This document shows, in pieces, positions 1 through 9,611 of a stretch of DNA of 64,000 bases; position 1 is the first letter of the stretch; each line of letters begins with the position of its first letter. Where the stretch lies: assembly GCA_947301965.1 (NCBI GenBank), contig CAMYUM010000004.1, forward strand, positions 26,149-90,148, written 5' to 3'. Position numbers and translations under genes: made by a program. The notes beneath the pieces are model-generated. The model saw nothing but the letters and a program-made list of their open reading frames with translations. It was not told where the DNA came from and ran no database searches. Origin of the DNA: an uncultured Azospirillum sp. GTDB lineage: Bacteria; Pseudomonadota; Alphaproteobacteria; RF32; CAG-239.

Positions 1-66
1 CGAAACCTTGTGTTTCGGAGTTGTTTTGTTATTGACATCGTCCAAATTGATAATAAATTATATACC

Positions 67-1185
67 ATGAAACAAGAGCTTGATTTTTCCACATCCGGCG
101 AAACATTAACTCTTAACGTCAGCGGAGATTTTGTCTCTTATGATAATGAAGAGCTAAAAAGTCGTCTTTATGCAACGGCTGAAGATAATAATATTCAGTG
201 TATATCTGTTGATGCCCAAAAACTCGGGCAGTGGGACTCAACATTTGCCGTTATCATTTTTGAGTTGAAAAAAATCGCTCTCAAGCACCGAAAAACATTC
301 AAAACTCTCAATTTTCCCCAAAATCTGGAACGTCTTATCAATCTTGCTTTTTCGGTTGATCGCAAACCTGCTCAACCGGAGACCTCTTCCGGTAATTTCT
401 TCGAAAAAATCGGTGCTTGGGGCATCAATTTATGGAGCAGTGTGGACAAAGGTCTTAATTTTATCAAAAAATCCGGTTCTTCATTTTTTCGTTCCGTAAC
501 CGGTCGCTCCTTTATGCGTTCAATAGACCTCTCTTTTGCTTTTGAAGACTGTACTTATAAGGCTTTACCCATAGTATCGCTGATTAGTTTTATGGTTGGT
601 CTGATTTTGGCTTTTGTCGGCGCAGTTCAGCTCAAGACTTTTGGAGCCCAAATTTATGTAGCCAGCCTTGTAACCATCGGCATGACACGTATCATGGGCG
701 CAATCATGACCGGCATTATTATGGCCGGCAGAACCGGAGCCTCATACGCTGCCACCATCGGTACCATGCAAGTCAATGAAGAGGTTGATGCACTAAAAAC
801 CATGGGCGTTAACCCGATAGATTTTTTGGTTTCTCCCCGTATGATTGCCTTGGTTGTAACCATGCCGTTATTGACCATGTGGTCCGATTTTATGGGTATG
901 CTCGGCGGTGGTTTCGTCGGTGTTACAATGTTGGGTATTCCGTTTCAAAAATATTGGGAATTATCGATTGATGCCATCAGTCTTGATAACTTTTTGGTCG
1001 GAATCTTTCATGGTTTGGTTTTCGGTATAGTCATTGCCATCTGCGGTTGTTATTACGGCATTTTCTGCGGCCGCAATGCTGATAGTGTTGGTTCGGCAAC
1101 CACCAAAGCAGTTGTTTCCGCCATAGTTTGGATGATTGTTATGACCGGTATAATTACCGTTTGCTGTGAGGTTTTGGGCATATGA
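67..1185 (+). CDS. MlaE-family ABC permease with N-terminal STAS-like domain
   Basis: ORF 10..1185, first ATG at 67 (MKQELDF). N-terminal ~100 aa look STAS-like (TLNVSGDF...). The C-terminal multi-pass domain is typical of MlaE/Ttg2B (GMTRIMGAIMTGIIMAGRTGASYAA). ATGA overlap with the next gene. Confidence 0.8.
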   Translation: MKQELDFSTSGETLTLNVSGDFVSYDNEELKSRLYATAEDNNIQCISVDAQKLGQWDSTFAVIIFELKKIALKHRKTFKTLNFPQNLERLINLAFSVDRKPAQPETSSGNFFEKIGAWGINLWSSVDKGLNFIKKSGSSFFRSVTGRSFMRSIDLSFAFEDCTYKALPIVSLISFMVGLILAFVGAVQLKTFGAQIYVASLVTIGMTRIMGAIMTGIIMAGRTGASYAATIGTMQVNEEVDALKTMGVNPIDFLVSPRMIALVVTMPLLTMWSDFMGMLGGGFVGVTMLGIPFQKYWELSIDAISLDNFLVGIFHGLVFGIVIAICGCYYGIFCGRNADSVGSATTKAVVSAIVWMIVMTGIITVCCEVLGI

Positions 1186-1955
1186 GTACGGAAGTTCAAA
1201 TTGAGGCCAAAAATCTGACCATCGGTTATGGTGATTATGTCTTGATAAAAGACATGAATTTTACAATCAACAAAGGCGATATTTTCATTATTATGGGTGG
1301 TTCCGGCTGCGGCAAAAGCAGTTTGCTTCGGGTTATGACCGGGCTTGTTGCGCCCCTCAAAGGCAACATTTTTGTTGATGGAACCAACTTTACTTCTGCG
1401 TCCGCGGCTACCAAAGATAAAATTATGCAGAAAAACGGCATACTTTATCAAAGCGGAGCTTTGTTCAGTTCCATGACTTTGGCTGAAAACATTGCTATGC
1501 CCTTGCAACTTTATACCAAATATTCGGCCTCTCAGATTAAAGAACTGGTTTCGCTAAAATTAGCCCTTGTCGGTTTAACCGGTTTTGAAGACTATTACCC
1601 GTCAGAGATAAGCGGCGGCATGAAAAAACGTGCCGGTTTGGCGCGCGCTTTAGCGCTTGACCCCGAAACGGTTTATTTTGACGAACCTTCTGCCGGGCTC
1701 GATCCGGTAAGCTCTAAATTGCTTGATGATTTAATTTTAGAAATTAATCATAGTCTCGGCACAACGATTGTGATTGTAACCCACGAACTGAGCTCTATTT
1801 TTGCTGTCGGCAATAACTCAATCTTTTTGGACGGTGCCAGCAAATCCATATTGGCTCGCGGCAATCCTCGTGATTTGTTGCAAAATCCGCCCAATGACAC
1901 CATATTTGAATTTTTAACTCGAGGAGAGGGAAAAAATGCGCAAAAAACCAAATAA
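1182..1955 (+). CDS. MlaF-like ABC transporter ATP-binding protein
   Basis: Walker A GGSGCGKSS, ABC signature ISGGMKKR, Walker B VYFDEPSAGLD; operonic with the permease. Confidence 0.9.
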   Translation: MSTEVQIEAKNLTIGYGDYVLIKDMNFTINKGDIFIIMGGSGCGKSSLLRVMTGLVAPLKGNIFVDGTNFTSASAATKDKIMQKNGILYQSGALFSSMTLAENIAMPLQLYTKYSASQIKELVSLKLALVGLTGFEDYYPSEISGGMKKRAGLARALALDPETVYFDEPSAGLDPVSSKLLDDLILEINHSLGTTIVIVTHELSSIFAVGNNSIFLDGASKSILARGNPRDLLQNPPNDTIFEFLTRGEGKNAQKTK

Positions 1956-2706
1956 CAAAATGATTGGCATTTTTATTATATGCGGTGTGGCATTGTTTTT
2001 TGCCACAATCGGCATATTTGTATCCAATCGTCTTTTGCAAAACAGTGATCGCTTGGTTGTAATGTATTTTTCAGAATCAATCAAAGGACTGGATGTCGGA
2101 TCGCCTGTTGTATTCAAAGGAGTTTCTGTCGGTCGTGTTGTTAAGATTGACGTAATTACGGATTTGCAAAAGTTGGATTTTATTATTCCGGTTTACGTTG
2201 CATTCAACAGCAAAAAAATTGCTTCTCGCCAACATCGCGAGAGTGTTCATCAAATTCTTGAAGAAATGGTGGCAAAAGGTTTGCGTGCACGCCTCGGCAC
2301 TCAAAACTATCTCACCGGACAACTCATGATTGAGCTTGAATTTATACCTTCTGATGAAAAACCGGTTTATCGTCATCCTGCGGACGGCAAAATTCCGGAA
2401 ATACCTACCGTACTTTCTCAATTTGCCGAGATTTCTCAAGGTATACAGGAGCTCCCATTGCGAGAAACCATTCGTCAGTTCAGTTCATTTATGGATCGGC
2501 TTAACAACACAATTTTGCCGGATTTTAACAAACTCATCAATGATTTTGAAGTAATCCCGACACGTACTCGTACTGTTCCCGAGACATTAAACAACTTCAA
2601 TAAGGCAATACAAAACATTTCTAATGCCGCCAAATCGTTGGGCAATTTTACCGATTATCTTGAACGCCATCCGGAATCTTTGTTGCGTGGTAAAGGAGGA
2701 TATTAA
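1936..2706 (+). CDS. MCE/MlaD-domain periplasmic substrate-binding protein
   Basis: N-terminal TM (MIGIFIICGVALFFATIGIF) followed by an MCE-like core (GLDVGSPVVFKGVSVGRVVKI); overlaps the ATPase gene end. Confidence 0.8.
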   Translation: MRKKPNNKMIGIFIICGVALFFATIGIFVSNRLLQNSDRLVVMYFSESIKGLDVGSPVVFKGVSVGRVVKIDVITDLQKLDFIIPVYVAFNSKKIASRQHRESVHQILEEMVAKGLRARLGTQNYLTGQLMIELEFIPSDEKPVYRHPADGKIPEIPTVLSQFAEISQGIQELPLRETIRQFSSFMDRLNNTILPDFNKLINDFEVIPTRTRTVPETLNNFNKAIQNISNAAKSLGNFTDYLERHPESLLRGKGGY

Positions 2707-3264
2707 ATGAAAAAACACCTTATTTTGATGCTTTTTATGCTCAGTGCCTGTGCTTTTACGCAACAGTCTCGCTTTTATCGCCTGCAGGCGGCAACGGACA
2801 ACACTGCAATATCTCAACGAAAAGTCAATATTGGGGTTGAAGAAGTCTCCATTCCCCGTTATGTTGATCGCCCGCAAATTGTTCTGGTTGATAAAGATAC
2901 CAGCGAACTTACGGTTTCGGAGTTTGATCGTTGGGCAGAACCATTAAGCTCGTCAATCACCAGAGTTTTGGCGGATGATATTTCTCTGTATCTGCCCAAT
3001 GCTTTGGTAAAGCCGAAAAATTATTCAATGGAAAATTTTACCTTCACCATAAGTGTTGAAATTAATAAATTTGACTCTACAATTGATAAAAAAGCGACAC
3101 TTGATGCGTGGTGGACGATTTTTAAAAACGGCGGCGTAGCGGCACGCGGTCGCACCATTTTAAGCGGCACACCTACATCTGGTTATGATGGTGTTGTTAA
3201 CGAACAAAGCAAATTATTAAACCAAATGGCACAACAAATTGCCGAAAAAATAGCTAAACTATAG
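2707..3264 (+). CDS. ABC-type transport auxiliary lipoprotein (PqiC/YmbA-like)
   Basis: Lipobox LSAC, then FYRL... and DRWAEPL motifs typical of the ABC_trans_aux family; starts 1 nt after the MCE gene. Confidence 0.7.
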   Translation: MKKHLILMLFMLSACAFTQQSRFYRLQAATDNTAISQRKVNIGVEEVSIPRYVDRPQIVLVDKDTSELTVSEFDRWAEPLSSSITRVLADDISLYLPNALVKPKNYSMENFTFTISVEINKFDSTIDKKATLDAWWTIFKNGGVAARGRTILSGTPTSGYDGVVNEQSKLLNQMAQQIAEKIAKL

Positions 3265-3273
3265 AGGATAACA

Positions 3274-4584
3274 ATGCAAGACTTGACTGAAATACTTTCC
3301 CATTACGGGGTAAAAGGCGAGGTTACCGGCGTAAACGTCGGACCGATGGTTCAACAAATAGAGTTTTTGCCTGAAGCCGGCACCAAAATTAAGAGCATAA
3401 CTGCCTCATTGCCGGACATTGCGCGCGAGATGGGTGTTTCTTCTCTGCGTGTTGAGCCGATTGCCGGCACTCAAAAGCTGGGTTTTGAAATCCCGGCTGA
3501 AAAAATGGAAACCGTTGATTTTATAAAGATTGCCGAGAGTGAAGAATTTCAATCAGTCAAAGGCGAATTACCTATTTGTTTGGGCGTTGATATTGCCGGT
3601 CGTCCGGTTTATGCCGATCTGGCCAAAATGCCTCACTTGTTGATTGCCGGAACTACCGGTTCGGGAAAATCAGTCGGTCTCAATACCTTTATTTTGTCGC
3701 TTATTGCTCGCAAAAAACCGAACGAGGTCAAATTTGTGCTTGTTGACCCAAAACGTATTGAGTTTTCGGTTTATAACGACCAACGTTACATGCTTTGCCC
3801 GGTTGTTACCGACAATGCCTTAGCTTCAGCCACATTGGCTTATTTGGTTGAACAAATGGAAGAACGTTATTCTATTTTTGAAAAAGAACTTGTCCGCAAC
3901 ATCAGCGAATATCATGAAAAATGCGGTGCAATGTCATACATTGTTTGTGTTATCGATGAGTTTGCAGATCTTATTGCCGCAGACAAAACTGTTGATGACC
4001 ACGTCCAGCGTCTTGCACAAAAGGCACGTGCTGCCGGTATACACCTAATGTTGGCAACTCAACGTCCTTCGGTAGATGTCGTTACCGGCGTCTTAAAAGC
4101 CAATTTCCCGACCCGTATGTCTTATAAAGTTGCTTCCCAAGTCGATTCTCGCACCATTTTGGATATGCCGGGAGCCGAGGACTTATTGGGCCGCGGTGAT
4201 GCTCTCTATCTGCCTCAAAACGGCGAACTCAAACGTGTTCACGGCTCTTATGTGCCGGATGACGGCATTGCGAAACTGCTTGAGCCGCACCGTTGCAAAA
4301 TTGCCCCTCTAAAGCTGAAATTGCCGGAAACTGCCTCTTCAACCGCTGTTACCAAGACCGCAGACGGCAAAGTCGTCAAAAAGAAAGAAGGCTTTTTCCG
4401 CCGTTGCCTCAATTGGTGGAGTTCTCTCCGCGTTCGCGAACAAAAAGCCATTGTTCGTTGGGTAAAATATATTGTAGTTGGTATAATCAGCATTTTTGCT
4501 GCCAAAAAAGGAATAAGTATTCCAAAAACTACAAATACTACAAAAAGCACTACGAAGAGCAAAACCAAAAAACGTAGATATTAA
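3274..4584 (+). CDS. FtsK/SpoIIIE-family ATPase (alpha-beta motor only, atypical termini)
   Basis: Walker A GTTGSGKS, Walker B CVIDEFADL, ATQRPS motif. No N-terminal TM domain and no gamma winged-helix motif. The C-terminus is a hydrophobic stretch plus a K/T-rich tail. Confidence 0.85.
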   Translation: MQDLTEILSHYGVKGEVTGVNVGPMVQQIEFLPEAGTKIKSITASLPDIAREMGVSSLRVEPIAGTQKLGFEIPAEKMETVDFIKIAESEEFQSVKGELPICLGVDIAGRPVYADLAKMPHLLIAGTTGSGKSVGLNTFILSLIARKKPNEVKFVLVDPKRIEFSVYNDQRYMLCPVVTDNALASATLAYLVEQMEERYSIFEKELVRNISEYHEKCGAMSYIVCVIDEFADLIAADKTVDDHVQRLAQKARAAGIHLMLATQRPSVDVVTGVLKANFPTRMSYKVASQVDSRTILDMPGAEDLLGRGDALYLPQNGELKRVHGSYVPDDGIAKLLEPHRCKIAPLKLKLPETASSTAVTKTADGKVVKKKEGFFRRCLNWWSSLRVREQKAIVRWVKYIVVGIISIFAAKKGISIPKTTNTTKSTTKSKTKKRRY

Positions 4585-4588
4585 ATCA

Positions 4589-4618
4589 GAAAAGCCTCTC
4601 GAACGAGAGGCTTTTTTA
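4589..4618. terminator. Bidirectional rho-independent terminator
   Basis: agcctctc-gaac-gagaggct hairpin flanked by an A-run and a T-run, between convergent genes. Confidence 0.8.
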
Positions 4619-4620
4619 TA

Positions 4621-7600
4621 TTACCACGCGTAATTCAATCCGGCGCCGAACGCCAAAGCATCGTAGTCCGAGCCAAATGTATAATTAGCCCAACCATAGC
4701 CCGTCAATCCTTCGCTGATGGCAAATCTTCCGCCGATTTCAATGCGTCCTAATGTGTCATTTTCTTGAGTATTAACCTTGTTAACACCGGTAATAAATAC
4801 ACTATTACCATTTACAAGTGTTTTGATCACACTCGGTTTAATATAAACCTTGGCATGCCTAAACTGTTGCTCAAGTTTAGCTCCGACTTCCGCTTCCAAA
4901 TATTTTATATCTTCCCATTCATAATGTTTGCCCACATTGTCATCGGTGTCATCAAAGTTAACTTGAGTATAGTATAAACCGACACTCGGATCCAAAGTCA
5001 GTGTGCGTGTTAACGGCATTGCTTGTCCAAACTCTATACTCGCTCCAAATTCTGTACCTTGCGTGTCAAATTCTGCAACTCCGTCTCCGGTTCTAGTTTC
5101 TGTCTTTTGCATACCGCCATAAATGGTTGCAAACAACCACGCTAAGTTTCTATCATAACGATAATATAATCCTGCCAGATAACTGTCTATACTTGTGTCA
5201 GAGCTGTATCTTGAAAAATATTCCTCACCTTTGCCGGAGAATTCATATTCACCATTACGATATGATACAAAAACACCCAGCGTATTATGGAAATCTCCTT
5301 GGAAATCCAACCCCGCCTCAACCCCGTGAATTTTTGCTTCCACGTCTGAAGGAGCATCTATATTTGCACTCTCGCTTTGTGCTAAAACCCAACCGTTATT
5401 TAGTCTTCTGTGGTGCCAACCGTTATCATAAAAACCGCATTTCGGGCAAAAATCTCTTTCAACATCAACTTTGTTCTTCACATTGCGCACCACGCTGCGG
5501 GTTTGTTCAATTGCCGCACTTTGCAAACCTATTCCGGCGACAATCTCCGGAACTACCGGATATCCTTTCTGCGGAACATATTCAGGGTTTCTTTTATCCG
5601 TCAAATTAAGATACCAGGTTGCGCCCTCGGTCTCGCCTTCGGCATTAACCGCTCCGTCCCACATATAAGGACTTCCGATTACGCGAGCTACCGCAAAGCT
5701 TGATGCCGTGCCTTCGTCATCATTCGGAGCAAACAGGAACGGTACAACCGCATCTTCGGTCTTATTCAACACATCAGGTGTTAGTGCATTGACCAGCACC
5801 CGATATTCACCTTCAATGTCATTATCAACGTGAATTTGCCCGCTCTTAACCGTATTTTTATTTCTATCAACTTTTACATCTACCGTAATAATCGGGGAAT
5901 TTTCTGACAAAGATTCCGGTTTCATATTTTGCGCAAAAACCTTAGATTTAAGACCGATATGAGTAACGGAGTTGTCGCCTAAAACAAAATCTCCCACATT
6001 TTTGACCTCATTATCAAATCTGACCACACCTGTTCCATCGCCGGAAATGTTGATATTATACAATTGTCCGTCAATTGCATCATTAAAGGTTATATTACCG
6101 TTGTTCAGACTTGATAAATTCAAATTAATAATTTCTTTCTCAACCGGGTTTTCTTCATCTTCAACCGCCTCGGTTCCTTTCATATAGATCGCATTGCTTT
6201 TGCCGTTTGCGGTGTTACCCTCAAACAAGGCCACACCATTATCAGCGGTAATTAAAATGTCTTTGCTTGAATAAATAGCTCCTCCGGCCGATTCTTCATT
6301 GCCCTTGACCGAGTTGTTAATAAAACTTGAGTTTTTTATGTTGCCTAAGGTATTCGTGTTATATATAGCACCACCCAAAGCTTGACTGCTCTCGCTTTCG
6401 GCATAGTTATTAATAAAATCACCTGATATTTCACCTATGCCTAGTGCCGTTTCTGAGCTTGGTTCAGCATTTCTAATAGCTCCGCCGATTGCATTACCAC
6501 TTACAGATTTAGCGTAATTATTAACAAAATTTCCTATAATGCTGTCTATTTGATTGAAGTTTACAATTGCACCTCCGGTAGCATTACCTTCCCCAGTACT
6601 TTCGATATAATTATCTGTAAAGTTACCGATAATTTCCCCAATAACACCTTTGTTATTATTATTAATTGCACCGCCATTAGCACTATTTAGTCCGATGGCA
6701 TAATTGCTGTCAAAATTACCTTTGATAATATTGATGGTTGAACTATTATTATAAATAGCTCCACCAGCCACATTACCTTCATTTGACAATGCGTAATTTC
6801 TTTCAAAGTTTCCTATTATTTCATCTATTCCGTCACCGTTTCTGTTATAGATAGCGCCGCCACCTGCAGAATTTGATCCGGATGTATTTTCAACATAATT
6901 TCTGATAAAATTAGATTTAATAACTCCTATTTTGGCTTGATTCATTATAGCTCCTCCATAAGCAGAAAAAGCGGTACTGCCATCCCTGCTTGAAATAGCG
7001 TAATTGCTAACAAAATCAGCATAGATAGAGGCTATATTTGAGTTATTGTTATAGATAGCTCCTCCCAAAGCATTACTTCCAGTAGCTTTTGCATAATTTT
7101 TTTCAAAATTACCTATAATTTCGCCTATCCCTTCCCCATTCCGATTATAGATTGCTCCGCCCGCAGCACTACTTGCTCCAGATGTGTTTTCTGCATAATT
7201 TCCCACAAAAACGGAGTTAAGCGCCGCTATCTCTCCAAAGTTTACTATAGCACCACCATATGCACCAAAGTATCCACTTTCATTACGCTGTGCTTTCACA
7301 TAATTATTATAAAAAAATGCCGTTGTTGCGCCTATTTTTCCATCATTTTCAATTGCTCCTCCATACGCATATTGCATTGTAGATGATGCATAATTACCGC
7401 TAAATAATACATTTGTTATTTCACCTATTTCTGCGGATGTTGCTTCTCCACTGTTACCCGTAGCAATTGCCCCTCCCTGAGAGCTTCCTACCGATTCCAC
7501 ATGGTTATTTATAAATTTTGTATCAACTATTTTTCCTATATATCCGCTTGCTAGATTTGTATCCGTTACAAACGCCACGTTCATTATTGCCCCACCAGTT

Positions 7601-8481
7601 GTTGATGCAGAGACAGATTCTGCCGACGTATGATTTCCTTCAAACACACAACTCGAAATTTCACCGATATAGTGATAATTATCCATAGCCCCACCACTGG
7701 CATGATAATTAGTACTTGGGCTGAATTCTTGTGTCCCGGTGCGATAAGAATAATTGTTTCTAAAAGTCGAGTTAGTTATTTTTTCGATAAAACCACCCTC
7801 ATTATTGTCTATCCCCACACCGTGTGCCCCACCGGATTGATCAGACGGTCCGGTCATTGTATTATTTTCAAAAAGCACTTTATCAATCGTACCTATTTTA
7901 GCAAAAAGATTTAAAATTACACCTCCGTGCGGAGCTGCCTTTCCTGATAGTGTTGTATTATTCGTAAATGAAACATTTTCAATTAAATCAATAACCGCAT
8001 TAGTCATTTCGGTTTGACTTTTTCCATTTAAGACTATTCCTCCCCATAGGCTACCGGCACCAGAATTTTCAGCTATGTTTGAATCAAATACCGAGTTGGT
8101 TATTGCCACAACGTGAGAGTCGTTGTTTTTAAGCACGGAACCTACATAAGCATCCGTTGTTAAAGTATTGTTTTCCTTAAAGATCACGCTATCTATTTCA
8201 ACCGTACCTTTGTTTACAATATTACTAGTCGTATCTGTCCACGCACTCTGTCCTTCGGTACCGATATTTTTAAAAACCACCGTCTGACCTTCACCGATTG
8301 TAATCCCGTTACCGCCGTCAAGGTCTATCCCGGCGCCATTCATATCTAAAATAACATCAGCGTTTTCATTAGTCAGGGCAGTCAATAAGTCATCATAGCT
8401 ATAAACCGTTTCTGCTGAATTGGCAGAAACAGTGTTCAAAATCTGTAATAGCAAAGTGTATATGATGACCTTTTTAAACAT
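4621..8481 (-). CDS. Autotransporter outer-membrane protein with Pmp-type (GGAI / FxxN) passenger repeats
   Basis: Signal peptide (MFKKVIIYTLLLQILNTVSANSA), 14 GGAI motifs alternating with (F/I)xxNYA. The C-terminal ~280 aa is a beta-barrel-like domain ending in LNYAW. Confidence 0.85.
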   Translation of the reverse strand: MFKKVIIYTLLLQILNTVSANSAETVYSYDDLLTALTNENADVILDMNGAGIDLDGGNGITIGEGQTVVFKNIGTEGQSAWTDTTSNIVNKGTVEIDSVIFKENNTLTTDAYVGSVLKNNDSHVVAITNSVFDSNIAENSGAGSLWGGIVLNGKSQTEMTNAVIDLIENVSFTNNTTLSGKAAPHGGVILNLFAKIGTIDKVLFENNTMTGPSDQSGGAHGVGIDNNEGGFIEKITNSTFRNNYSYRTGTQEFSPSTNYHASGGAMDNYHYIGEISSCVFEGNHTSAESVSASTTGGAIMNVAFVTDTNLASGYIGKIVDTKFINNHVESVGSSQGGAIATGNSGEATSAEIGEITNVLFSGNYASSTMQYAYGGAIENDGKIGATTAFFYNNYVKAQRNESGYFGAYGGAIVNFGEIAALNSVFVGNYAENTSGASSAAGGAIYNRNGEGIGEIIGNFEKNYAKATGSNALGGAIYNNNSNIASIYADFVSNYAISSRDGSTAFSAYGGAIMNQAKIGVIKSNFIRNYVENTSGSNSAGGGAIYNRNGDGIDEIIGNFERNYALSNEGNVAGGAIYNNSSTINIIKGNFDSNYAIGLNSANGGAINNNNKGVIGEIIGNFTDNYIESTGEGNATGGAIVNFNQIDSIIGNFVNNYAKSVSGNAIGGAIRNAEPSSETALGIGEISGDFINNYAESESSQALGGAIYNTNTLGNIKNSSFINNSVKGNEESAGGAIYSSKDILITADNGVALFEGNTANGKSNAIYMKGTEAVEDEENPVEKEIINLNLSSLNNGNITFNDAIDGQLYNINISGDGTGVVRFDNEVKNVGDFVLGDNSVTHIGLKSKVFAQNMKPESLSENSPIITVDVKVDRNKNTVKSGQIHVDNDIEGEYRVLVNALTPDVLNKTEDAVVPFLFAPNDDEGTASSFAVARVIGSPYMWDGAVNAEGETEGATWYLNLTDKRNPEYVPQKGYPVVPEIVAGIGLQSAAIEQTRSVVRNVKNKVDVERDFCPKCGFYDNGWHHRRLNNGWVLAQSESANIDAPSDVEAKIHGVEAGLDFQGDFHNTLGVFVSYRNGEYEFSGKGEEYFSRYSSDTSIDSYLAGLYYRYDRNLAWLFATIYGGMQKTETRTGDGVAEFDTQGTEFGASIEFGQAMPLTRTLTLDPSVGLYYTQVNFDDTDDNVGKHYEWEDIKYLEAEVGAKLEQQFRHAKVYIKPSVIKTLVNGNSVFITGVNKVNTQENDTLGRIEIGGRFAISEGLTGYGWANYTFGSDYDALAFGAGLNYAW

Positions 8482-8555
8482 ACTTTTCCCCTACATGTAG
8501 CATAGCTTATTTGTCTTAATAAACCATTAAGGGTAAAGTATTAAACACTTTCAGC

Positions 8556-8583
8556 ACAAAAAAGGACGCCCGAAAGCGTCCTT
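8556..8583 (-). terminator. Rho-independent terminator of the sigma/Spy operon
   Basis: aggacgc-ccgaaa-gcgtcct hairpin, followed by a T-run on the minus strand (A-run 8557-8563 on plus). Confidence 0.75.
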
Positions 8584-8601
8584 AAATCACATTAAAAAAG
8601 A

Positions 8602-9114
8602 TTATTTATGCAAAATCTTTTCCGGTGCAGGATGCTCCATACCATGGTATTTGCCGAAGTGACGCATTCCTCTTTCACCATTTTTGCTTTTGTATTCTTC
8701 AACAATTTGTTTGAACTTTACTTGTTGTTCAGGGGTCAAAATTGCTTCAAATGATTTCATGTTTTCCTGACGCATAGCATCCATTTTTTCATGCAAAGCT
8801 TTCATTTCTTCCATCAAAGGTTTCATTTTTTCAAAATCAGCTTTGCGGATTTCTTCGGCTTTTTTGCGTTGTTCTTCACTCAAACCAAGTTCATTGGCAA
8901 ATCTTTCGGCACGTACTTTATGCATATCAGCTCTAGATACTTTCTCCATTGCTTGTGGCTCAACGCCGGTCAAACCACCTGTCTCAGCTGTTTTTTCCAC
9001 TGCCTGTGGTGACACCACTGAGGCAACTACGGGGCCTTCATCTGCTGCCCAAGCTCCGTTTGCGCCCAACAAAAGGACAGAAGCGCAAGTTAACATCAAA
9101 ATTTTCTTGTTCAT
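8602..9114 (-). CDS. Spy/CpxP-family periplasmic protein (LTxxQ repeats)
   Basis: Signal peptide ending AWA. Helical K/E/M-rich body with LSEEQRKKAEEI and LTPEQQVKFKQI (LTxxQ-type) motifs. Confidence 0.7.
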   Translation of the reverse strand: MNKKILMLTCASVLLLGANGAWAADEGPVVASVVSPQAVEKTAETGGLTGVEPQAMEKVSRADMHKVRAERFANELGLSEEQRKKAEEIRKADFEKMKPLMEEMKALHEKMDAMRQENMKSFEAILTPEQQVKFKQIVEEYKSKNGERGMRHFGKYHGMEHPAPEKILHK

Positions 9115-9116
9115 AT

Positions 9117-9611
9117 TTATTCTCCTTTCAAGTGTGCGAGTTTTTGACTCAATATTTTTTTGGCGTTAAATAATCGAGATTTTACGGTTCCGAGTGGGAG
9201 TCCGAGTTTTTTTGCTACTTGTTCCAGCGGCATATCCTCAAATTCGTGCAACACAACCACTTTTCGCATTTTATAAGGCAGCTCATCAACAGCTTTTAAG
9301 ATTATTTTTTGTCGTTGCTTAGCATCAATAATTTTTTCTTGCGAAAACGTATCCGGAATATTATTCAAGACATCTTCATCTCCGATTTCAGCCGATTGTT
9401 CGCGGCTTATTTTGGATCTGAAATAATCACGGCACACATTGGCGGTCAACATACCCAACCACTGCTTAAACTTGCCCTGTTCCTGATAATTTTCCAAATT
9501 ACGCCAGGTTTTAATATACACTTCCTGCTCAATATCTTCATTATACGAGCCGGTAACCTTGCGGATTACTGATCGTATAAAACCTCTGTTTTCTTGGATA
9601 ATATCTCTCAT
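9117..9611 (-). CDS. ECF (sigma-70 family group IV) RNA polymerase sigma factor
   Basis: Region 2 (EDIEQEVYIKTWRNLENY...FKQWL) and region 4 HTH (MPLEQVAKKLGLPLGTVKSRLFNAKK). Confidence 0.9.
   Translation of the reverse strand: MRDIIQENRGFIRSVIRKVTGSYNEDIEQEVYIKTWRNLENYQEQGKFKQWLGMLTANVCRDYFRSKISREQSAEIGDEDVLNNIPDTFSQEKIIDAKQRQKIILKAVDELPYKMRKVVVLHEFEDMPLEQVAKKLGLPLGTVKSRLFNAKKILSQKLAHLKGE

Noticed and set aside
1-18. Hairpin cgaaac-cttgtg-tttcgg at the window edge, a possible terminator of an upstream gene
   Set aside because: It is truncated by the window boundary and has no evaluable T-run or upstream gene, so it cannot be supported.
10-66. N-terminal extensions of track ORFs that use upstream alternative starts. 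Examples: 10..66, 18970..19011, 19735..19761, 21075..21146, 22102..22131, 31317..31415, 44852..45025, 47595..47642, 58686..58733
   Set aside because: The internal ATG codons have good Shine-Dalgarno spacing and yield canonical N-termini or signal peptides. The extensions run through terminators or promoters.
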